Part shown: positions 20,465 through 30,093 of the stretch, piece after piece
Numbering within the stretch: position 1 is the first letter of the stretch
Layout: each line of letters begins with the position of its first letter
Position numbers and translations under genes: made by a program
The notes under the pieces: generated by a model
Told to the model about the DNA's origin: nothing
Databases searched by the model: none
The model's input: the letters and a program-made list of their open reading frames with translations, nothing else
Origin: SAR324 cluster bacterium
Lineage (GTDB): Bacteria; SAR324; NAC60-12
Length of the DNA: 64,000 nt
Direction of reading: 5' to 3'
NCBI GenBank assembly: GCA_015231825.1
Contig: JADGAV010000009.1
Span: 147,870 to 211,869, forward strand

Positions 20465-21703
20465 TCATGACAAGGCTAATTCAGGAGCAGGATGCTGCTT
20501 TTTGCTGATGTAATAGTAGAGTCCGCCAAGCAGGGAGAGATTGATTACCCCTGCAGCAGCAGCGTTGGCGTAGGAAATCGTATAGTCGCCGGAAATGTCA
20601 AAAAAATAGCCGCCTTGAAAGCCACCGAGCCCCATCCCTATCCACCCGAAAAATGAAACGATAGCGAGCGAAACACTGCGTCGATGCAAAGGAGTCATTT
20701 CACGCACACAAATTGTTAGGCTGGTCATCACTCCCGCATAGCCAAAACCAAAAACAATTGCCAAAACATTGAGACTGAATAAAGTATCGAGCTGGGTGAA
20801 CCAAAAGACAAAGAGCGTCTGCCCGAACGAAGACAGCATGTATGTTTTCAGACCACCAATGTAATCTGAAATTTTTCCAAAGGCAATCCTCCCGAAAAAT
20901 CCTGAAATCATGACTAAACTCAGTACACCTGCCGCATTTTGGGCATCTATTCCTTTGTCCTGTACGAGAGCGGCCACGTGAATGATGGGTGTCGCCATAC
21001 AGATACAGCAAAATATTACAGCGGTACTTAACCAGGGAACAATGACACGGAGCACGTCCGGGTGAAACTCTTTTTCAACAGAACCTGCCCGTATCTCAGG
21101 AGATAATGCAACTTTTTTCGGAGAAGGAGGTGTGCGGACCAGAAATGCCAGGGGCAACAAAACAATAAATGAAAAGGCGCCGCAGATGAGGTAGGTTGTT
21201 CTCCACCCGGAAACAGAAATTGAATAACTGATGAAATAGGGGATTATTCCATTCCCCAATGCCTGTCCTGATGTTGTTATTCCAAGCGCCAATCCTTTGT
21301 TGTGAGTGAACCAGTTCCCCACGTTTGCCACTAGAGGAGCATAAAGAGTCGAAATTCCCAAAGCTCCCAAAATGATGTAGAAGAGATAAAACTCGACAAT
21401 CGTGTCGAGATAGGCCAGCAAAGTGTACCCGATGCCGAGACAGACTGTGCCGAAAATAAATATAACCGAAACATTGTAACGATCAGCAAGATAGCCCATT
21501 GCAATCCCGCCTAAACCAACAGAAATGGTACCGGCCAAATAGGCGATTGACGTCTCTCCTCTTAGCCAGCCTAAATCTGTTGTGATTGGGATTAAAAACA
21601 CTGAGATAGAGTTAAAGGCACCAATCCCGATGCCGAGTGCAATGGATGTGACAACCACCATCAGCCAGCCGTAGTTGTCGTTGATTATCTGTCGAAAATT
21701 CAT
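20465..21703 (-). CDS. MFS transporter
   Basis: 12 predicted TM helices and two-fold internal symmetry, 412 aa. Confidence 0.8.
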   Translation of the reverse strand: MNFRQIINDNYGWLMVVVTSIALGIGIGAFNSISVFLIPITTDLGWLRGETSIAYLAGTISVGLGGIAMGYLADRYNVSVIFIFGTVCLGIGYTLLAYLDTIVEFYLFYIILGALGISTLYAPLVANVGNWFTHNKGLALGITTSGQALGNGIIPYFISYSISVSGWRTTYLICGAFSFIVLLPLAFLVRTPPSPKKVALSPEIRAGSVEKEFHPDVLRVIVPWLSTAVIFCCICMATPIIHVAALVQDKGIDAQNAAGVLSLVMISGFFGRIAFGKISDYIGGLKTYMLSSFGQTLFVFWFTQLDTLFSLNVLAIVFGFGYAGVMTSLTICVREMTPLHRRSVSLAIVSFFGWIGMGLGGFQGGYFFDISGDYTISYANAAAAGVINLSLLGGLYYYISKKQHPAPELALS

Positions 21704-21979
21704 TGAAATTCAGGAAGGAAAAATGCGGAATGCGTTGCAAAACAGCTTAGATTATTCTTCTTTTAAAAGGGGGGAGTCAAGTTTAATGAGAAATTGTTAC
21801 AGAATCGCATGGGAAATTTTTTTTGAAAAAAGTCGAGGAAGGAGAAAATAAATATTTGCTGGGGTTCTGGAGCCGACGGAGAGATCAGCCAGACCGAAGA
21901 GAATTGCTCTTGTTCCGTCTGACTGATGCTCCGTAGGAGTCTCATGATAAATGGCTTCCTTCTTGCCGAAAGAACACTC

Positions 21980-22186
21980 TTATTGAAAAAGATTCCCTTG
22001 ACAGTATCCACAGTAGGCTTCCGTGTAGTTGTGGTAAGTCAGAGTTCCTTTTCCATGGCAGTGGGGACAGATTTTTTTCCAATTAAAAATTCTTGTATTT
22101 GCACTCCCGTGCAGTTTTTGCGTTTGATTGCTGGGTGATTGAATTTTCGCTCCCATATCCTTCTCCGTTTCAGAGCTTTTGGCCAA
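21980..22186 (-). CDS. possible small zinc-ribbon protein (CxxC...CxxC)
   Basis: 68-aa ORF with CPHCHGKG...CGYCQG. TTG start. Lies in an otherwise about 700-bp non-coding gap. Confidence 0.2.
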   Translation of the reverse strand: MAKSSETEKDMGAKIQSPSNQTQKLHGSANTRIFNWKKICPHCHGKGTLTYHNYTEAYCGYCQGNLFQ

Positions 22187-22399
22187 GCCCGATAGTTATG
22201 TTTCTAGCATCTGTCAAACAAACTGCAGAATGACATTTAGTAATGCATAATTAAGACCTGCTTAGATGGCAATTAACAATAATATCAAAATCTGATATGG
22301 GTATTGCAGGCTAAATGATAGGAATCCGTATTTTTCTGGTTGTCTTATCTGGCATAAGACTTTTGGCTTTTTGAATAATGGGATTGCAGAGATAACTCT

Positions 22400-23455
22400 A
22401 TGGATCGAGAAAAAGAATTTACGGGAATTATGCCTGTTCGAGAGTCATCGCTTTTCGATGTGGATGCCTTGCAGGACTATATGGAAAAAAATATTGATAA
22501 TTATAGCGGCAATTTGGAAGTCCGGCAGTTCAAAGGCGGGCAGTCCAATCCGACTTATCTTTTGAGTGCAGGTGGCGTCCAATATGTCATGCGTCGGAAA
22601 CCTGCAGGCATATTGCTCAAGTCAGCACATGCGGTGGATCGGGAGTTTCGCGTGCTTTCCGCCCTGGCTTCAACAAGTGTTCCCGTGCCCAAAATGATAT
22701 GCCTGTGCATGGACGAGTCTGTGATTGGGACCTGGTTCTATATTATGGAATACTGCAAAGGGCGAATATTCTGGGAAATGAGTTTGCCGGAAATACTTCC
22801 TCTGGAACGGGGAAGTATTTATGACGCCATGAATGACACCATTGCCAATCTCCATCAAATTGATTATATCTCGGCAGGATTAGAAGATTTTGGAAAGCCT
22901 GAAAACTATGTTTCCAGACAGATTGCGCGTTGGACAAAACAGTACCAGGCTTCCAAAAATGAAGAGATTCCGGCAATGAGTCATCTTATTGAGTGGCTTC
23001 CTGAAAATATCCCTGAGCATGAAGAATGTTCCATTGTTCATGGAGATTTTCGCATGGATAATCTTGTTTTTCATGAAAAAGAATCTCGTCTGATTGCAGT
23101 TTTAGATTGGGAAATTTGTACGTTGGGACATCCGATTGCAGACTTCAGTTACCACTGCATGCAATGGCGGCTTCCATCGAATGTGTTTTACGGCATAGCT
23201 GATCTGGATCTGAAAGCCTTGGGAATTCCGACCGAAGAAGAGTATGTTGCTGCATATTGTCGTCGAACTGGGCGTGTAGAGATTAAAAATTGGGATTTTT
23301 ACATGATCTACAACATGTTCCGTCTCGCAGCAATTCTTCAGGGAATCATCGGCAGGGTCCGTGACGGGACAGCTGCCAATTCGCAAGCAGAAACGGTTGC
23401 TCCATTTATCCGTCCTCTTGCCGAAAAAGGGTGGGATGAAGTTCAAAAATTGTGA
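22400..23455 (+). CDS. phosphotransferase enzyme family protein (APH/ACAD10-like kinase fold)
   Basis: Catalytic loop HGDFRMDNLVF and metal-binding LDWEICTLGHPIADF, characteristic of the aminoglycoside/choline-kinase-like phosphotransferase family. Confidence 0.75.
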   Translation: MDREKEFTGIMPVRESSLFDVDALQDYMEKNIDNYSGNLEVRQFKGGQSNPTYLLSAGGVQYVMRRKPAGILLKSAHAVDREFRVLSALASTSVPVPKMICLCMDESVIGTWFYIMEYCKGRIFWEMSLPEILPLERGSIYDAMNDTIANLHQIDYISAGLEDFGKPENYVSRQIARWTKQYQASKNEEIPAMSHLIEWLPENIPEHEECSIVHGDFRMDNLVFHEKESRLIAVLDWEICTLGHPIADFSYHCMQWRLPSNVFYGIADLDLKALGIPTEEEYVAAYCRRTGRVEIKNWDFYMIYNMFRLAAILQGIIGRVRDGTAANSQAETVAPFIRPLAEKGWDEVQKL

Positions 23456-23468
23456 TTACTAAGGGAGT

Positions 23469-24734
23469 TTGTCGGTGGCTCTTTATTTTTCCATAGCTTT
23501 GCCGAGGAGAGCCAGAACCTGCCGCATTCCTCAGCTGCTCAAGTTCATTTTGATTGCATTTTGCTGCTTGGGATACACTTCCTGCGACTCCATTCGTCAG
23601 GGGATTCAACAATACAAAGATGAGCTGATCTACAAATGGGATTCGTTCGAGTTAAAAAAAATAAAAGCTCCCCCGCAAAGAAGGTTTTACAAGGGAGACT
23701 CTCAATGGAAGATGCTGCCGGTTGCACTCGGATCAGCCGTCGCATTGATTCTGTTAGCCTACTACTACAGCAAGTATTGGGAGCGGCAAAACCAGTACAA
23801 AATTGAGCAGAAAAAGATACTGGCGAGGTTGCACAAACTTTACAATCAGCTTCAGATCCTGGATGAAGATGAAACTCTGATGGGGGAATTGATGGAAGAC
23901 CTGGAAGCTTCCTCCATTCTGAGATTGATTGAATCTCCTGAAGAATTCGAAGCCCGGGTCGAGGGATTCAAGCAAAAGAATCCGGATGAAAAAGTACTTT
24001 CTGCAATTTATCACCTGCGGCACAAGCTAGGCTTTGGTTTTTACAATAAATCTATCCCTTTCCTCTGCACTCAGATGTTGGGGACTTCCGAGCAATTGGA
24101 GTGTTCAATTGAATTACCAAAAAAGTCGGTTTCATTTTTTACCCCTGTTCTTTCTGCGACAGAACAGTTTCTCGTGATTAAAGCTCCTCGTGTCAAGGGG
24201 AAAGCGGTCAATTTAAAGAAATACAAGCAGCTCACCTGCAGAATTTGCAGGAGCGATGATGCGGACTATCAGTTCACGCTGCCGATTCTGCGTCAAATCA
24301 AAGGTAAATTTGATGCGGTGGTGCTTGGGCACACCTGGGATATCGAAAAACGATTGCTGCGTCATGCAGACCGAGTCTCTCTCGAAATTCCAAAAGATTT
24401 TTATGTGATCCCCGAAAAGTACATGTTTCTTTATGCTGACCAATCTCACGCACTGTCTTCAAGCCCGGAGGTCTCAAATTTTCGAGGGCGCATTGTTGAT
24501 CTCAGTTCAGGGGGGGCAAAAGTTCATACGAAAGAACTCCCTCACAATATCCAGGAGGATGCCCTCTTACTTTTTGGCATGAAGGAAGCAAATATTTCCG
24601 GGGACTTGACGGCAAAAGTTTTGAGCATCAATACTCTGGGAGAAGAACATTTTTTACATCTTCAGTTTTTTCGATTGAGAGAAATGAAACGCATGCGCCT
24701 CAGCCGATTTATTTCAAAGATAGAAAATCAGTGA
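23469..24734 (+). CDS. membrane protein with a possible C-terminal PilZ (c-di-GMP-binding) domain
   Basis: N-terminal hydrophobic segments. C-terminal RLLRHADR (RxxxR-like) followed by DLSSGGAKV (DxSxGG), resembling PilZ motifs. Confidence 0.45.
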   Translation: MSVALYFSIALPRRARTCRIPQLLKFILIAFCCLGYTSCDSIRQGIQQYKDELIYKWDSFELKKIKAPPQRRFYKGDSQWKMLPVALGSAVALILLAYYYSKYWERQNQYKIEQKKILARLHKLYNQLQILDEDETLMGELMEDLEASSILRLIESPEEFEARVEGFKQKNPDEKVLSAIYHLRHKLGFGFYNKSIPFLCTQMLGTSEQLECSIELPKKSVSFFTPVLSATEQFLVIKAPRVKGKAVNLKKYKQLTCRICRSDDADYQFTLPILRQIKGKFDAVVLGHTWDIEKRLLRHADRVSLEIPKDFYVIPEKYMFLYADQSHALSSSPEVSNFRGRIVDLSSGGAKVHTKELPHNIQEDALLLFGMKEANISGDLTAKVLSINTLGEEHFLHLQFFRLREMKRMRLSRFISKIENQ

Positions 24735-24945
24735 GAATGAGTAAATAAAGTGTGGAAAATGCAGCACCCTCATGCGCTGTCAAATTTTATACTTTCGTGA
24801 TAAATTTGTGACACAAAAAATTTCTTTTTCCTTTATTCTAAAGCCCAGTAAAGTCCATAGACCGTCATAACTGCAAATGCGAAATGCATGCACGGTTTTT
24901 ATTCGAGTATCGAACCCGATTTCCATTACTTTAAAGAGGTACCTT

Positions 24946-25896
24946 ATGTTTGTACGTATTAAAAAAAGTTGGGAGCTGCCAGAATCTGATGTTACTCCTG
25001 AATCGATATATGTACAGCGCAGAACATTATTGAAAGCAGCGGGATTCTCCCTGGCTGCCGGATTAATTCCTACCACTTCCATGGGAACGAGCGCTGGATT
25101 TCCTTCCAATTTGAATCCTAAATACCCCGCAGGAGATTTAAATGTGACCAAAGAGGATTTGATCACCTCCTATAACAATTTTTATGAATTTTCTTTTGAC
25201 AAACAGGATGTGGCGGAACAAGCTGAAAACTTTAAATCTGAGCCCTGGACATTGGAAATCAGCGGGATGGTGCACAAACCGCAAAAATTTGATGTCAATA
25301 AATTGGTCAACCAATTGGGTAATGAGCAGAGGGTTTACCGTTTCCGATGCGTAGAAGCCTGGGCGATGGTTGCGCCCTGGGATGGATTCCCATTGCAAAA
25401 GCTGGTGGAACTGGTTCAACCGACCTCACAGGCAAAGTATCTGAGATTTGTTTCTTTTCTGGATCATGAGATGGCACCGGGGCAAGTCCGTGCTCCCCAA
25501 TACCCATGGCCTTACAATGAAGGGTTGACCCTTGCAGAAGCCACCAATGAGCTGCCGCTAATGGTAACAGGAGTTTACGGCAAACCCCTACCCAGTCAAA
25601 ATGGCGCTCCACTTCGCTTGATAGTCCCCTGGAAATACGGTTTCAAAAGCATCAAATCGATTACAAAGATTGAATTTACAGACAAAATGCCCAAAACCCT
25701 ATGGAGTGATTTGGCGCCGAGCGAATATGGGTTTTACGCAAATGTTAATCCGGAGGTGGATCATCCGCGCTGGTCACAAAAACAGGAACGAATTGTCGGC
25801 ACCTGGTTTAAAAAGCAGGAGACACTCAAATTCAATGGCTATGGAGACCAGGTAGCAGGGCTCTATAAGGGGATGGATTTGAAAAAATGGTATTGA
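24946..25896 (+). CDS. msrP: protein-methionine-sulfoxide reductase catalytic subunit MsrP (YedY, molybdopterin)
   Basis: Strong end-to-end similarity to E. coli YedY (RCVEAWAMVAPWDGFPL, NGAPLRLIVPWKYGFKSIKSI, YGFYANVNPEVDHPRWSQ). Tat-like signal QRRTLLKAAGFSLAAG. RBS aagagg 7 nt upstream of the ATG at 24946. Confidence 0.9.
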   Translation: MFVRIKKSWELPESDVTPESIYVQRRTLLKAAGFSLAAGLIPTTSMGTSAGFPSNLNPKYPAGDLNVTKEDLITSYNNFYEFSFDKQDVAEQAENFKSEPWTLEISGMVHKPQKFDVNKLVNQLGNEQRVYRFRCVEAWAMVAPWDGFPLQKLVELVQPTSQAKYLRFVSFLDHEMAPGQVRAPQYPWPYNEGLTLAEATNELPLMVTGVYGKPLPSQNGAPLRLIVPWKYGFKSIKSITKIEFTDKMPKTLWSDLAPSEYGFYANVNPEVDHPRWSQKQERIVGTWFKKQETLKFNGYGDQVAGLYKGMDLKKWY

Positions 25897-25899
25897 GGA

Positions 25900-26517
25900 A
25901 TGAAGTTATTCGAAGCTTTCCTGAAATCCAAAATATTGCTTCTGATCTTGCTCATCTTACCTGCAATCATGATTGTTTCGGCAGGTTTAATGGGCGGGTT
26001 TGATGCCAACCCCGTCGAGTTTCTTCAATTGGAAACAGGTGAAAAAACTCTTTGGCTGCTGTTAATCGTTCTATGGATTTCTCCTCTCAAGGCCGTGTTT
26101 CCCCAGTTGAATCTTCTTAAGATTCTTATTCGTCACAGGCGTTGGATTGGGGTGGCTTGTTTTGTCTATGGAGTTTTTCATTTCGCAATCTATCTTCTTG
26201 ATTCCGGCTCATTGGAAATCATGCTGGAAAACTTCACGCGTTATTTCATCATCAGCGGAAGCCTTGCTTTTCTGATCCTTTTTGCTTTGGCGCTCACCAG
26301 CAGCAACGGAATGATTAAAAAACTGGGAGGAAAAAAATGGAAAAACCTTCATCGTCTGATATATATAGCCACTTTTCTTGTTTTCCTCCACATGATTGCC
26401 AAAGAAAAAAGTAACATCATCACCACATTCCTTTATTTTGTTCCACTTGTCCTGGCCGAAGCATATCGGATATATGTTTTCTGGCGGGTCAGACACAGGA
26501 AACTCTCGACCTCATGA
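25900..26517 (+). CDS. msrQ: MsrQ (YedZ) heme-binding membrane subunit
   Basis: 205-aa multi-TM protein immediately downstream of msrP, with conserved His residues in the TM helices. Confidence 0.8.
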   Translation: MKLFEAFLKSKILLLILLILPAIMIVSAGLMGGFDANPVEFLQLETGEKTLWLLLIVLWISPLKAVFPQLNLLKILIRHRRWIGVACFVYGVFHFAIYLLDSGSLEIMLENFTRYFIISGSLAFLILFALALTSSNGMIKKLGGKKWKNLHRLIYIATFLVFLHMIAKEKSNIITTFLYFVPLVLAEAYRIYVFWRVRHRKLSTS

Positions 26518-27275
26518 ATCTTAGACTGATTGAAGAAATTGCACTCAATTCATGGCCATCACTGCAACAGATGTTTTTTGATGGTTGGATATTGAGATTT
26601 TCCAAAGGCTATACCAAGAGAGCCAATTCAGTCAACGCGCTTTATCCCGGAGATCTGCAGGTCACTGAAAAAGTAAAAACGTGTGAACAAATTTATGCGA
26701 CGCAGGGTTTGCCTCCTGTTTTTCGCCTCACTTCCTTCAACCAGCCGGACGAACTCGATCTTATTCTTCAAAAGCAGGGATATCAGCGACTGGATCTGAC
26801 AAGCGTTCAGTGCCTTGATTTGCAGAATATTTCGGTGCTCACTTCAGCTGGTTTTCAAATCTGGGACAATCGACATTTAAATGAGTGGTTGGAGGTTTTT
26901 TCGAGACTCAGTGGCAAATCCGGAGCAGTCAACCCGGTCCACCGTGAATTGCTTGAACATATTCCTTCTCCAAAAATTCTGACTGTCTTACGGCGCGAAG
27001 AGCAAATCGTTTCTTGTGCTTTGGTGGTGAAGGAAGGTGACTATTTGGGCCTTTTTGACATGGTTACTGGCGCATCCTCCCGGAATCAGGGAAATGGAAA
27101 AAAACTGCTTTCCAGTATCCTGAAATGGGGAAAGCAGGAAGGCGCTCATTATGCCTACCTGCAGGTTGTCAACACCAACAAACCCGCAATGCAGCTTTAT
27201 GCCCAATTTGGATACCAGGAAATCTATCACTACTGGTATCGAGTTCAAGATCAACACGATTTTCCGGAGGCATAG
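26514..27275 (+). CDS. GNAT family N-acetyltransferase
   Basis: C-terminal acetyl-CoA-binding motif RNQGNGKKLLSSILKWG. 4-bp overlap with msrQ. Confidence 0.7.
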   Translation: MNLRLIEEIALNSWPSLQQMFFDGWILRFSKGYTKRANSVNALYPGDLQVTEKVKTCEQIYATQGLPPVFRLTSFNQPDELDLILQKQGYQRLDLTSVQCLDLQNISVLTSAGFQIWDNRHLNEWLEVFSRLSGKSGAVNPVHRELLEHIPSPKILTVLRREEQIVSCALVVKEGDYLGLFDMVTGASSRNQGNGKKLLSSILKWGKQEGAHYAYLQVVNTNKPAMQLYAQFGYQEIYHYWYRVQDQHDFPEA

Positions 27276-27329
27276 TCCTTTCCTTCAGTTTGCCGGGATG
27301 CGCCCTTTTCAATTTTTTAAATACTTTTT

Positions 27330-28136
27330 CTAAATGAAGCGGTCCGCCCCGCCAGAGGCTTCGATAGTGGCTCCGGTAACAAAACCGTTTCTTTCAGAGA
27401 CCAAAAAGGCAGTGAGAGCGGCAATTTCCTCCGGTGTTCCAAATCGTCCGATCGGCGTTTTTTCAGCTCCAAGTTTTCCAATCAATTCTTCGTTGGAGAG
27501 ATTCGACCATTCCGGTCGGTTTTCACGAACTTTCGGAATCATATTGGATTGCCAGTTATCGGTCGTGACAGCTCCAACTCCAATTGCGTTGACAAGGATT
27601 CCGTCTTTTGCATGTTCCAAAGCTAAAGATTTGGTAAAGTTGTTGATAGCAGCGCTCAGTGCATGGGAAATCATTAAGGTTGGATTAGGGAAAATTCCCC
27701 CCACTGATGAAATATTGACAATTCGCCCTCCACCGTTTTTTTGCATCAACGGAACAACGGAACGGCAGCAATTCACCATCCCGTATAGTTTCACTTCCGT
27801 CATCGATTTCCAGTCTTCTTCTGAAGTTTGCAGCAGAGCACCGGCTTGTGCTCTTCCTGCGTTGTTGACCAGGATGTTCACGGTGCCGAAACAACGGACC
27901 GCTTCTTCGACAATGCGGCTGGAGTCTTCAGAGATTGAAATATCTGCTGCTATTCCGGCAACTGCGGCATTTGTTTTGTCACGAATGCGCGTGATCGCAT
28001 CCTGCAGCCGATCATTGTTCCGTGCAATCATAAAAACTTTTGCCTGGTCAAATGCCAGCTGTTCTGCGATTGCAAATCCGATTCCGGTGCTCGCTCCTGT
28101 GATCAGAGCAACTTTATTTTTGATTTGAAGATCCAT
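27330..28136 (-). CDS. SDR family oxidoreductase
   Basis: VALITGASTGIG cofactor motif; NNAG; YxxxK region; 268 aa. Confidence 0.8.
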   Translation of the reverse strand: MDLQIKNKVALITGASTGIGFAIAEQLAFDQAKVFMIARNNDRLQDAITRIRDKTNAAVAGIAADISISEDSSRIVEEAVRCFGTVNILVNNAGRAQAGALLQTSEEDWKSMTEVKLYGMVNCCRSVVPLMQKNGGGRIVNISSVGGIFPNPTLMISHALSAAINNFTKSLALEHAKDGILVNAIGVGAVTTDNWQSNMIPKVRENRPEWSNLSNEELIGKLGAEKTPIGRFGTPEEIAALTAFLVSERNGFVTGATIEASGGADRFI

Positions 28137-28287
28137 GGTTCTCCTCTGATAGTATAAATCCTGATCTTTTTGGGGGGATCTTCGGGCGTCCTACCAAAAA
28201 ACGCGGCAAAGTGGCCGGACTCCAATCAATTCATCCTGTTGAAATTTATAGAATGACTGAACGGAATGATCCCACAAGGTGAATCCC

Positions 28288-29022
28288 TCATATACGTGCG
28301 ATCAGGCTGAATGCGACAAGAATTAGAAAAATCAGCACTAATTTCCGAAAAATTTCGTCAGTGATGTGTTTGCGAATTTTTCCTCCCAGTTTGATTCCTA
28401 TTGCTACCGGGATGATTCCTCCTCCTGCGAGAAATAAAGTCTGCTGATCAAGGAGTCCGAGCCCACCTAATCCAATCAACATCACCAGGCTTGACAAGGT
28501 GAAGGAAATATTGATTGACTGAACGAAGAGGTTTTTTTCCAGTTTGAGAGAAAGCAGGTAAGGCAGAATCGGAATCATTTGTGATCCGGTCACGCCATTG
28601 ACAAATCCGGTGAGGGTACCAACCGGGATGGTCAAGCACGATGCTGTCCTGGCACTCAGCACAAATTCGCTTCTGGACAAAGCCCAAATCGTATAAATCA
28701 GCAGTACGACTCCAAGAAATGCGCGGGCACTGGAACTGTTGACTGAGTTTAAAACCCATAAGCCCAAAATTAGTCCGGGGATTGCGGAGAGATACATTTT
28801 CCAGAATCGTTTTGCCGCAACAGAAAAATTCCCGGCATTGAGCATCACCAGAATATTGCTTGAAATGGAAGGTAGGATCACAAGGGGGATACTCGATTTT
28901 AAATCAATCATAAATGTTAAGATGGGAAGACAAATTGTCGAAAAGCCTAATCCTGTAATTCCCTTTAAAAATGCAGAAATAAAAAAAGTTGCAATAACGA
29001 AAACAATGATCTGGAAATCCAT
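28288..29022 (-). CDS. sulfite exporter TauE/SafE family membrane protein
   Basis: 244 aa, 7-8 TM helices, internal duplication typical of DUF81/TauE. Confidence 0.7.
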   Translation of the reverse strand: MDFQIIVFVIATFFISAFLKGITGLGFSTICLPILTFMIDLKSSIPLVILPSISSNILVMLNAGNFSVAAKRFWKMYLSAIPGLILGLWVLNSVNSSSARAFLGVVLLIYTIWALSRSEFVLSARTASCLTIPVGTLTGFVNGVTGSQMIPILPYLLSLKLEKNLFVQSINISFTLSSLVMLIGLGGLGLLDQQTLFLAGGGIIPVAIGIKLGGKIRKHITDEIFRKLVLIFLILVAFSLIARI

Positions 29023-29072
29023 AGGATCAATTCAGCAAGATTTGGAGATACTCAGCTTTTTTGCCTGGATGA

Positions 29073-29837
29073 CTACGATTCACTTGGGCTTTCAAATTTT
29101 TCTTTTGCTGCCTGGCTAAAGGCCTTTTTAGCCTGCTCAAGGTTGTGTAGAATATCTTCCTTGGACATCCCTACCGTGTCTCGGGCCGCCGCGATCACAG
29201 TTTGGCATTCATTGCTGTCCATAAATCGGGATGCGTCTAAGATGCGGGGCAGGTCTTCATCAGGAAGTGCGAGGAAACCATGCTTGTCAGCATGAATCAA
29301 TTGCCCCGGACGAATGGTTTGCCCAAAAACTTCCACTTCACAGTTCCAGGAAACAGGGATTCCATAACCATGACCGACACACATGCGGCGGGCTAGAGCC
29401 TTGAATCCTGCATTGGTCATCTCTTCTAAATCTCGGATCCCGCCATCGGTGATGGTCCCGACGCATCCCAAACTTCGATGGGTATTGCTGTTCACTTCAC
29501 CCCACAAGGATCCGACCAGTTTGGGCTTATCGAGATCCTGCACCACGACAATCTTGGGGCCGGGAACAGAAGCAACATAGGCTCGGTATTGCCTTGTATT
29601 TTCCGGGTGATTTTTCTGATATTCCCTGTCGCTTGCTCGATAAGTGACAGTTACGGCATACCCAACCATCGGGCCCATTTGTGGCATAAAGTCTGTTGTT
29701 TCCTCGAGATTGATACCATCTTTTGTGCGATCATGCCGGGTAATCATTTCCCATCCGTTGTAGATTGTAGGGGTGTTCCAGCGTTTCAATTCAAGTATCT
29801 CGGAGTGACTCAAACGTTTTACATTGGAATTGTCCAT
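29073..29837 (-). CDS. RraA family protein (RraA/DlpA-like, 4-hydroxy-4-methyl-2-oxoglutarate aldolase fold)
   Basis: GSLWGEV...GCVGTITDGGIRD motif matching the RraA family G-x-V-x-DG-x-RD signature. Confidence 0.55.
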   Translation of the reverse strand: MDNSNVKRLSHSEILELKRWNTPTIYNGWEMITRHDRTKDGINLEETTDFMPQMGPMVGYAVTVTYRASDREYQKNHPENTRQYRAYVASVPGPKIVVVQDLDKPKLVGSLWGEVNSNTHRSLGCVGTITDGGIRDLEEMTNAGFKALARRMCVGHGYGIPVSWNCEVEVFGQTIRPGQLIHADKHGFLALPDEDLPRILDASRFMDSNECQTVIAAARDTVGMSKEDILHNLEQAKKAFSQAAKEKFESPSES

Positions 29838-30093
29838 AAAATGGCTCCGTTCAGATTATTGTTTGTTGTGAGGGTTACAGAGTAGAAGAATGGAGGGATC
29901 ATCCTCTCATTTCCTGATAATTTCCAGTCTATATTCTGACCTGCTATGTTCTGTTTACCTTGACCTTTTTCAATGACAGTCGCTATGAGGAGGAAGCATT
30001 GAAGAAAAAAACACGGTCATTGCAGAAAGTGGTATCGATTGAACTCAAAAACAACCAGTCCTTTTGGGCATATTATTTGGAGAAGACATGAAC

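Noticed and set aside
27334-28128. 264-aa plus-strand ORF
   Set aside because: Exact antisense shadow of the well-supported SDR gene (27330-28136). Low-complexity translation.
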